From: Gemmatimonadales bacterium
Lineage (GTDB): Bacteria; Gemmatimonadota; Gemmatimonadetes; Gemmatimonadales; GWC2-71-9
Direction: 5' to 3'
DNA length: 24,415 nucleotides
NCBI GenBank assembly: GCA_037189525.1
Contig: JBBCJC010000010.1
Span: forward strand, 1 to 24,415
Shown: piece after piece, positions 1-10,651 of the stretch
Layout: every line of letters begins with the position of its first letter
How positions within the stretch are numbered: the first letter of the stretch is position 1
Program-made: the position numbers and the translations under genes
Notes under the pieces: model-generated
The model's input: only the letters and a program-made list of their open reading frames with translations
Told to the model about the DNA's origin: nothing
The model's database searches: none

Positions 1-3650
<3,650 letters not shown>

Positions 3651-3675
3651 GCGTCAGGCTGCAGATTCCGTCAGG

Positions 3676-3708
3676 AAAAGGGCCGGGAGAAATTCCCGGC
3701 CCTTTTTT
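3676..3708 (+). terminator. Intrinsic terminator after rpoC
   Basis: GGGCCGGGA (3680-3688) pairs with TCCCGGCCC (3694-3702), followed by T6 (3703-3708) and preceded by A4, so it may act on both strands. Confidence 0.9.
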
Positions 3709-3880
3709 CATCGGTGCACCCAGTGGTCCGGGATCGCCGCCAGCCGGTTGAGACCCTCTTGCGACGCGCCGCTCCGCGGATGACCATTGAGACGGATTGC
3801 GGCTATGGGGGTTCGCCGAACTCCCAAGCGTGTAACGGCCGCTGCCCCGTCGGTGAGGAAGGGACAAAGGGAGAAGACAC

Positions 3881-6523
3881 ATGGCGCTCGAGGCGGCCGA
3901 ATGGTCCCGGATTCAGGATGTCTTTCACGCGCTGGCAGACTGCACCCCGGCCGAACAGCTCGACGAGCTCGAGCGTCTGGCGACCGACGAGCCTGAGATC
4001 GCCCGCGAAGTGCGGAGTATGCTGTTCGCGGACGCCTCCGGGGCCAGCCTGCTCGATCGGGCCCTGGGAGACATAGCGGGCGACGTGCTGGAGTCGCCCG
4101 AGGAGCTGCCCCGCCAGCGTTTCGGGCCGTATCGGTTGGTCCGCTTTCTCGGCGAAGGCGGTATGGGGGTCGTCTACCTGGGTCATCGGGACGACCTCGA
4201 TGCGCAGGCCGCCATCAAGATCCTCGCCCACGCGTGGCTGAGCCCGGCCCGCCGGGACCGGTTCCGGAGCGAGACCAGGGTGCTGGCCGCGCTCGACCAT
4301 CCCGCGATCGCGCGGTTGTTCGACGCCGATCACCTGCCGAACGGCACGCCCTGGTTTGCCATGGAGTACGTCGAGGGCGAACCTATCACCACCTGGGTCT
4401 GGAAACGGGGACTTGGAATCCGGGCGGTGCTGGCGCTGTTCAGTCAGGTGTGCGATGCCGTGCGGCACGCTCATGAGCGGGCCGTGATTCACCGGGACAT
4501 CAAGCCGTCCAATATTCTGGTCACCGAGTCCGGCGCGATCAAGCTGCTCGATTTCGGAATCGCGAAACGGTCGCGCGACCCGGGATCCGACACCCGCTCC
4601 CGGACCGTCGTCCGGCTGATGACGCCGCAATACGCGGCGCCCGAGCAGCTCGAGGGCAAGGTGGTGGGTGTCACGGCGGATGTCTATGCGCTCGGCGTGG
4701 TTCTGCACGAGCTGATCGCCGGGCTGCGGCCCTATCGGCTCGACGACGCCGGTGTCGACGACGCGGCCACCATTCGGGCGGCCTATCCCCCCAACATTCG
4801 ACGCGCCATCCAGCGCCGCTCCGCTCTGGAGTCGTCGTTCACCCCCGCGTCCGCAATCACGGTCGGTGCGCTGGCGGCGTCGGAGTGGGCCGACTTGGAC
4901 GCGTTGCTCGCCACGGCGCTGGCTCCCAATCCGGCGGAGCGGTATCGGAGCGTGGAAGCTTTCCAGGCGGACATCACCCGTTTCCTGGCCAACCAGCCGC
5001 TGGCCGCGCACCCGGCCACCTGGCGTTATCGAGCCCGAAAGTTCCTTCGGCGCCGCTGGCGTCAGGTTGCACTGGCCGCGGCGGTGTTGGGCGCGGCGGG
5101 CGTGGGGCTCTTCCTGCACACCCGGGCGCTCGCCGCCGCGCGCGACGTGGCCATCGCCGAAGCAGCCCGCACCACCCGGTTGCGGCAATTCCTGATCGAC
5201 CTGTTTCAGGGCGGCCGGGACGAAGCGGCGCCGGCCGAAAGTCTCCGGGTCGCCGACGTGGTTCGCAACGGTATCCGCGAGGCTCACGGACTCACCGATG
5301 ATCCGGTAACCCAGGTCGAGCTGCTCGGTACGCTCGGCATCATCAGCGAGCAGTTGGGAAGCTTCCCGCGGGCCGACACGCTCTTCCAGCAGGCCATCGA
5401 GAAGTCCGAGACGGTCAACGGTGCCAACCATCCGGAGACCATGCGGGTCAGGATTCGTCACGCGGCGTTGCTCTCGAGTGCCGGCCAGGCCGACTCCGCG
5501 GAGCGCCGGTTGCTGGCGTTGGAGCCCCTGGTGCTCGCGCACGCGCCGCCGAATCACCCGGTCATCGCCGAGTTCGACCAGACGCTGGGCAAGCTGCTCG
5601 CCGAGCGGGGCAAGATCGCCGAAGCGGTGGGTCGGCTCGAGCGGGCCGTGACGCAACGGGCCCGCACCGACAGCACCTCGCGCGAGTATGCGGAGGCCCT
5701 GCGGGAGCTCGGCAATGCAGCGTTCTACGCGGGCGACGCGCGCCGGGCCGACTCGCTGTTCCGGGTGGCGCTGCCGATCAACCGGCGTCTGTTCGGACCG
5801 AGGCATCCCAACGTCGGCTACCTGCTCACCAACTTAGGCATCCTGGCGTCCGCCACCGGCAATCTCGACGCCGCTGAACGGGACCTCGCCGAAGGTATCG
5901 CGATCAGCGCGGCGTGGTTCGGCGAGCATCACTGGCTGACGGCCGGCGCGCGGGTGCCGCTCGGGCAGACCCTGGTGCGCCAGAAGAAGTTCGCGGAGGC
6001 GGTGCCGCTCCTGCGGGGGACGATCGAGGATCTTAGCCGAGAGCCTCTGGTGCCTCGATCGTCGGTCAACCTGGCGCGGAACGCGCTGGGCAACGCCCTG
6101 CTGGGATTGGGCGACCGTGCCGGCGCCCGGGTCGAGTTCGAGCGCTCGGCGCGCGAGCTGCGGGAAGATTTAGGCCCGTCGCACATGAACACCATGCTGG
6201 TCGAGGCGAGCCTGGCCTCCATTCTGGCCGAGAGCGGCGCGCCGGATTCCGCCATCACGATCCTGCGCGATCTCGTCGCGCGCGGCGGCACTGCGTACGG
6301 AGACGGACATCGCGAAGTCGCCACGTTCCGGATCAAGCTTGGCCATGCATTGCTGCGGGCCGATCGGCCTCGGGAAGCGATCGAGGCGACCACCGCGGGG
6401 CTCCGCGCCTTCGATTCCACGGTGACTGCGCCGCACGAGACGCGCCGGATTGCCCGCGCCGATCTGGCCGCCGCGTACACGGCGATCGGCGATACGGCGA
6501 TGGCTGCCCAATACCGCCCGTAG
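3881..6523 (+). CDS. Hanks-type Ser/Thr protein kinase with one TM helix and C-terminal TPR repeats (880 aa)
   Basis: LGEGGMGVVY, AAIKIL, HRDIKPSNIL, KLLDFGIAK, MTPQYAAPEQ and DVYALGVVLHE motifs. TM segment follows RRRWR. Kinesin-light-chain-like TPR units (G.xHP....L.NLG). GGAG upstream of ATG. Confidence 0.95.
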   Translation: MALEAAEWSRIQDVFHALADCTPAEQLDELERLATDEPEIAREVRSMLFADASGASLLDRALGDIAGDVLESPEELPRQRFGPYRLVRFLGEGGMGVVYLGHRDDLDAQAAIKILAHAWLSPARRDRFRSETRVLAALDHPAIARLFDADHLPNGTPWFAMEYVEGEPITTWVWKRGLGIRAVLALFSQVCDAVRHAHERAVIHRDIKPSNILVTESGAIKLLDFGIAKRSRDPGSDTRSRTVVRLMTPQYAAPEQLEGKVVGVTADVYALGVVLHELIAGLRPYRLDDAGVDDAATIRAAYPPNIRRAIQRRSALESSFTPASAITVGALAASEWADLDALLATALAPNPAERYRSVEAFQADITRFLANQPLAAHPATWRYRARKFLRRRWRQVALAAAVLGAAGVGLFLHTRALAAARDVAIAEAARTTRLRQFLIDLFQGGRDEAAPAESLRVADVVRNGIREAHGLTDDPVTQVELLGTLGIISEQLGSFPRADTLFQQAIEKSETVNGANHPETMRVRIRHAALLSSAGQADSAERRLLALEPLVLAHAPPNHPVIAEFDQTLGKLLAERGKIAEAVGRLERAVTQRARTDSTSREYAEALRELGNAAFYAGDARRADSLFRVALPINRRLFGPRHPNVGYLLTNLGILASATGNLDAAERDLAEGIAISAAWFGEHHWLTAGARVPLGQTLVRQKKFAEAVPLLRGTIEDLSREPLVPRSSVNLARNALGNALLGLGDRAGARVEFERSARELREDLGPSHMNTMLVEASLASILAESGAPDSAITILRDLVARGGTAYGDGHREVATFRIKLGHALLRADRPREAIEATTAGLRAFDSTVTAPHETRRIARADLAAAYTAIGDTAMAAQYRP

Positions 6524-6583
6524 GCCCGGTCAGCTCGCAGTCTCTGCCTGCTGCGCACGCCGGGCGGGCTCGCGGCACGAAAC

Positions 6584-6620
6584 GATGCGGGGCCGGCATG
6601 GTGCCGGCCCCGCGTCATTT
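6584..6620. terminator. Strong hairpin between the convergent kinase and gltS genes, probable bidirectional terminator
   Basis: GATGCGGGGCCGGCA-TGG-TGCCGGCCCCGCGTC, with only short T runs on either strand. A weaker outer pairing exists between ~6572-6581 and ~6630-6639. Confidence 0.6.
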
Positions 6621-6643
6621 GGTAGTCGCTTCGTGTCGCACGG

Positions 6644-7876
6644 CTATCGCAGGAAGTTGATGAAGGCGGTGATGAAGATCGCGTTGGTGAAGTCGATGAA
6701 GAAGGCGCCCACCATTGGCACGATCAGGAAGGCCTTGGGCGACGGGCCGAACTTCTCCACGATCGCCCGCATGGTGGCGACGGCGTTGGAGGTGGCGCCC
6801 ATCCCGAAGCCGCAGTGGCCGCCCGCGATGACCGCCGCATCGTAGTCCCGGCCCATGAAGCGGTAGGTCACGTAGAGCGCGAAGATGCCCATCAGGATGG
6901 TCTGCGCCACCAGGATGATCAGCACCGGGATTGCCAGGTCGAGAAGCTCCCAGATCCGGAGCGTCATCAGCGCCATCGAGAGGAAGAGCGAGAGCGCCAT
7001 GGTGCCCAGGTCGTCGACCGAACGCTGATCGATCTTGATGAACTTGAACTTGTCGTCGAGGTTGCGCATGATCGCCGCCACGATCATGGCGCCGATGTAG
7101 GCCGGCAGCGTCATGAACTGGCCCAGCCAGCGGCTGAGCAGGCCGCCCACCGCCATCGCGAAGAGGATCACCGCCATGTTCTTGAGCAGCTTGTAGGCGG
7201 TCGGGGCGTCGCCCATGATCTCGGTATCGATCTCGGCGTCGAGGGCGGCGTTGGGGTCGACCTCCGGGGTCGCCTCGATCTCGGCCGTGGTCGCCGTCGA
7301 CTTGAGTTTGTCGCGCTTGACGAGCCAGGTGGTGATGGGGCTCCCCATGATTCCGCCCGCCACGAGGCCGAAGGTCGCGGCCGCCAGCGCCAGGGTAACG
7401 GCGCCCGGCATCTGGTACTGATCCTCCAGCAGCTTGCCGAACGCGGCGCCGGTGCCGTGTCCGCCCGTCAGCGTCATCGAGCTCGCGACCAGGCCCACCA
7501 GCGGATCGATTTGGAGTACCTTGGCCAGTCCGACCCCCAGCACGTTCTGCAGGATGGCAAAGACGCTGGAGATCACCAGGAAGACGACCACCTGCGGTCC
7601 GCCGACCTTGAGGAGGCCGAAACTCGCGCCGAGGCCGATCGTGGTGAAGAAGGCAATCAGGAACGGGACCTGGAGCGTGGTATCGAACTCGAAGGCGACC
7701 ACCCCGGTCTGGCGCAGCGTGAAGATGACCAGGGCCAGCAGGAAGCCGCCGATGACCGGGGCGGGGATATTATAGCGTTCGAGGAACCAGACCTTCCGTC
7801 CCAAGCCGTACCCGACGAAGAGGACGAGAGCGGCAATCGCAAGGGTCTGGATCAGGTCCAAGCTGATGGTTGGCAT
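6644..7876 (-). CDS. gltS: Sodium/glutamate symporter (GltS family, 410 aa)
   Basis: Multi-TM protein with GltS signatures YNIPAPVIGG, FFTTIGLGAS, MTLTGGHGTGAAF, AAATFGLVAGG, DYDAAVIAGGHCGFGMGATSNAVA and AFLIVPMVGAFFIDFTNA. Confidence 0.95.
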   Translation of the reverse strand: MPTISLDLIQTLAIAALVLFVGYGLGRKVWFLERYNIPAPVIGGFLLALVIFTLRQTGVVAFEFDTTLQVPFLIAFFTTIGLGASFGLLKVGGPQVVVFLVISSVFAILQNVLGVGLAKVLQIDPLVGLVASSMTLTGGHGTGAAFGKLLEDQYQMPGAVTLALAAATFGLVAGGIMGSPITTWLVKRDKLKSTATTAEIEATPEVDPNAALDAEIDTEIMGDAPTAYKLLKNMAVILFAMAVGGLLSRWLGQFMTLPAYIGAMIVAAIMRNLDDKFKFIKIDQRSVDDLGTMALSLFLSMALMTLRIWELLDLAIPVLIILVAQTILMGIFALYVTYRFMGRDYDAAVIAGGHCGFGMGATSNAVATMRAIVEKFGPSPKAFLIVPMVGAFFIDFTNAIFITAFINFLR

Positions 7877-8084
7877 GCTGGCCCCGTGAAATGAAGGTTG
7901 CTGTCCTGCGACGAACGATTGTGGTGACGAAGGGGGCGTTCGAACTCGAAGAAAGCACTTCCACCTGGCGGGGCGGAAGGGTCAGGTGCCTGGTGTGAGC
8001 CCCCTGACTCGAGCGTCACCCGGCGTGGCGGGTGACGCGACAACGTCTACGGCTGCGATTAGCCGCGGACGGGTATGGCGAAAA

Positions 8085-8273
8085 CTACTTGGTGCGCCGG
8101 GTGCGGGCGCGCCGACGGGCCGCCTGCGACTTGAGCTGGCGGGCAACGCTCGGCTTGAGGTAATGCCGCTTCTGCCGGAGCTCTTTGAGGATGCCGGACT
8201 TCTGGACCTTCCGCTTGAAGACCTTGATGGCCCACTCGATGCCGTCGGTCTCTGCCAACGTGACTTCGATCAT
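8085..8273 (-). CDS. rpsU: 30S ribosomal protein bS21 (62 aa)
   Basis: MIEVTLAETDGIEWAIKVFKRKVQKSGILKELRQKRHYLKPSVARQLKSQAARRR matches the S21 pattern (FKR..QKSGIL.E.R...HY.KPS). ATG at 8273 follows a GAGGAG RBS. The ORF-track start at 8339 is too far upstream. Confidence 0.93.
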   Translation of the reverse strand: MIEVTLAETDGIEWAIKVFKRKVQKSGILKELRQKRHYLKPSVARQLKSQAARRRARTRRTK

Positions 8274-8303
8274 GAAAATGCTCCTCGACCCTCGCGATGA
8301 ACG

Positions 8304-8337
8304 AACGGCCGGCTCGTCAGGTGACGAACCGGCCGTC
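8304..8337 (-). terminator. Long hairpin between csp and rpsU (terminator-like or stabilising stem)
   Basis: Minus strand GACGGCCGGTTCGTCA-CC-TGACGAGCCGGCCGTT followed by a weak U tract (CGTTC). A small GATC-CTTCGG-ATC (cUUCGg) hairpin lies just upstream. Confidence 0.55.
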
Positions 8338-8365
8338 ACTCCTTAGCTGATCCGAAGGATCTGGT

Positions 8366-8578
8366 TCAGCTGCCGATCCGGACGACGTTCTCAGCCGCCG
8401 GGCCCTTCTGGCCCTGCACGATATCGAACTCGACCCGCTCACCTTCGGTGAGGGTCCGGAACCCATCGGCCTTGATGGCCGAATGGTGCACGAAGCAGTC
8501 CTTCTGACCATTCTCGGGCGTGATGAACCCGAAGCCCTTCGTCTCGTTGAACCACTTCACAGTGCCGGTAGTACGCAT
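8366..8578 (-). CDS. cspA: Cold-shock protein (CspA family, 70 aa)
   Basis: [35 protein letters not shown]...[10 protein letters not shown], with RNP1 (KGFGFI) and RNP2 (FVHHS). ATG at 8578 follows GGAG. The paralog letter cannot be determined. Confidence 0.97.
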   Translation of the reverse strand: MRTTGTVKWFNETKGFGFITPENGQKDCFVHHSAIKADGFRTLTEGERVEFDIVQGQKGPAAENVVRIGS

Positions 8579-8712
8579 GTTGCTCCAAACTCCCTGTAAG
8601 ATTGTAATCGGAGTCCGGATCAACCGTGCCAGCCGACTACGTGCTCGTGATGACTTCCCCTCACGCTGGGGTTTGGTTCCTCTGCCGGCCGCGAGGCCGG
8701 AGGCTATCACGA

Positions 8713-8746
8713 AAAACCAAGGGGCTGACTATGGAGCCAGCCCCTT
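8713..8746 (-). terminator. Terminator-like hairpin inside the csp 5' leader
   Basis: Minus strand AAGGGGCTGGCT-CCAT-AGTCAGCCCCTT (12 bp, one G-U pair) followed by GGTTTTT. Confidence 0.55.
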
Positions 8747-8805
8747 AATCATCGTCACGGAACCAGTCCTTCTGTCGTACTTGACGGAAGGTTTTTAGCC
8801 TCCAG

Positions 8806-8834
8806 AAGCTAGCCAAGCCTCCCGCTGGGCGCAA
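8806..8834 (-). promoter_or_regulatory. Putative sigma70 promoter for csp-rpsU
   Basis: Minus strand TTGCGC-N17-TAGCTT. The same -10 context (TAGCTTCTGG) occurs in the rpsL promoter candidate. Confidence 0.65.
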
Positions 8835-8879
8835 CCCCTGGGACAGGGCGCCGGCGCCAATCAAACCCATTTTGGACCC

Positions 8880-8908
8880 TTGTCACGATCACGTAACGCG
8901 GTGACATT
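8880..8908 (+). promoter_or_regulatory. Candidate Pho box (PhoB-type site) upstream of the DUF47-pit operon
   Basis: GTCAC (8882) and GTAAC (8893) are direct repeats 11 bp apart, followed by a -10-like GACATT (8903-8908). The site sits directly upstream of phosphate transport genes. Confidence 0.55.
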
Positions 8909-8941
8909 CGTTCCCGTCCAGCAACCAGCCCAAGGTCCCCT

Positions 8942-9562
8942 GTGCGCTTACTCCCTCGCGACGAGAGGTTCTTCGACCTCTTTACGTCCGTTGCAACTCT
9001 GAACGTGGAGGCCGCCAAGTGCCTCCGCGACCTCTTCAAGGCCGACCCGGACAAGCGGGGGCCCATGGTCGAGGCCATCAAACGATTCGAGCACGATGCC
9101 GACGCCGTGACCCATGAGGTCATTACACGGCTGGATCGCAGCTTCATTACCCCGCTCGACCGGGAAGACATCCATCTCCTGGCCTCCCGGCTCGACGACA
9201 TCATCGACCGGATCGACGGGACCGCCCGCCGGACCCAGATCTTTCGCCCCGGTCCGACCCCGCTCGGCATTCAGCTGATCACCGATGTGGTGGTGCGGTC
9301 GACCGAGAAGCTGCTCGAAGCGGTGCAGATCCTGAGCAACGGCAAGGCGCCCGTGGTGATTGCCGCCTGCATCCAGGTCAAGAAACTCGAAGAAGAAGGC
9401 GATGCGATCTACCACGAGTGGCTCGGCCGGCTGTTCGACGAGGAGCCGAGTCCCGTGGCGCTGATCAAATGGAAAGAGATCTACGACACGCTGGAGAAAA
9501 CGCTCGATCAGGCCGAAGACGCGGCCAATGTGCTCGAGTCGATTGCCATCAAGCACTCGTAG
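8942..9562 (+). CDS. DUF47 family PhoU-like phosphate transport regulator / Pit accessory protein (206 aa)
   Basis: LLPRDERFFDLF, EHDAD..THE....L.RSFITPLDREDI..LAS.LDDIID, LEEEGD and IKWKEIYD.LE...D..ED.ANVLESIAIKHS motifs. Ends 9 bp before pit. Confidence 0.93.
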   Translation: MRLLPRDERFFDLFTSVATLNVEAAKCLRDLFKADPDKRGPMVEAIKRFEHDADAVTHEVITRLDRSFITPLDREDIHLLASRLDDIIDRIDGTARRTQIFRPGPTPLGIQLITDVVVRSTEKLLEAVQILSNGKAPVVIAACIQVKKLEEEGDAIYHEWLGRLFDEEPSPVALIKWKEIYDTLEKTLDQAEDAANVLESIAIKHS

Positions 9563-9571
9563 AGCGTAGCA

Positions 9572-10606
9572 ATGACGCCTGAAGTCACGTTCATCGTCGC
9601 GATTCTCGTCATCGCGCTCATCTTCGATTTCATCAACGGATTCCACGACAGCGCGAACTCGATCGCGACGGTCGTTGGAACCCGGGTTCTGTCACCCGGC
9701 GTCGCCGTGGTGTGGGCGGCGTTCTTCAACTTCGTCGCGGCGTTTACCGTCGGGACGGCGGTGGCCAAGACGATCAGCAGCGGGTTGATCGACCCGTCCG
9801 TCGTGGAACCCAATCTGATCCTATCCGGCCTGCTCGGCGCCATCATCTGGAATCTGATTACCTGGTGGTTCGGGTTGCCGTCGTCGTCGTCGCACGCGCT
9901 GCTGGGTGGCTACGGCGGTGCGGCTGTGGCCAAGGCCGGAGTGGGAGCGCTGATCGCCTCCGGGTGGATCAAGCCGATCGCCTTCATCTTCCTGTCGCCG
10001 ATCATCGGGGCGCTGGGCGCCATGGGGCTCACCGTGGGGATCAGCTGGGCCATTCATCGATGGAATGTCGCGAAGCTCGATCGCGTCTTCCGGCGCCTCC
10101 AATTGCTGTCGGCGGCGGCTTTCTCGATCAGCCACGGCGCCAACGATGCGCAGAAGACGATGGGCATCATCGTCGGTCTGCTGGTCTCGACCCAGCATCT
10201 CTTCATCAACGCGGAGGGATGGCAGGCGATTCTCTACGTTCCGAATGCCGACCACATCCCGCTCTGGATCGAGATGGCGGCCTATTCCGCCATTGCGCTC
10301 GGCACGGCCATGGGCGGCTGGCGGATTGTGAAGACGATGGGGACCCGGATCACCAAACTGCGTCCCTTCGGCGGGTTTTGCGCCGAGACCGGTGGCGCCG
10401 GCGCCGTTCTGCTGGCGTCGGTACTGGGCATTCCGGTGAGCACCACCCACACCATCACGGGGTCGATCGTCGGGGTCGGGGCTGCGCAGCGGCTGTCGGC
10501 GGTGCGATGGGGCGTGGCCGGACGAATCGTCTGGGCCTGGATCCTGACGATCCCGATGTCGGCATCGATTGCGGCGGTTACCTACCTGGTCATCAGCTCC
10601 CGTTAG
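9572..10606 (+). CDS. pitA: Inorganic phosphate transporter (PiT family, 344 aa)
   Basis: PiT signatures FDFINGFHDSANSIAT, GLPSSSSHAL, SHGANDAQKTMG, GGWRIVKTMG and GIPVSTTH. Confidence 0.96.
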   Translation: MTPEVTFIVAILVIALIFDFINGFHDSANSIATVVGTRVLSPGVAVVWAAFFNFVAAFTVGTAVAKTISSGLIDPSVVEPNLILSGLLGAIIWNLITWWFGLPSSSSHALLGGYGGAAVAKAGVGALIASGWIKPIAFIFLSPIIGALGAMGLTVGISWAIHRWNVAKLDRVFRRLQLLSAAAFSISHGANDAQKTMGIIVGLLVSTQHLFINAEGWQAILYVPNADHIPLWIEMAAYSAIALGTAMGGWRIVKTMGTRITKLRPFGGFCAETGGAGAVLLASVLGIPVSTTHTITGSIVGVGAAQRLSAVRWGVAGRIVWAWILTIPMSASIAAVTYLVISSR

Positions 10607-10651
10607 GCACATCCCGCTCCGGGCGACGGTCGGATCCGTCGTCCGGAGCGC

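Noticed and set aside
3803..5806. 667-aa antisense ORF over the kinase, and similar Arg/Pro/Gly-rich ORFs such as 11601-13235, 13635-14888 and 16516-18198
   Set aside because: Composition is typical of off-frame translation of high-GC DNA, and each overlaps genes with clear motifs.
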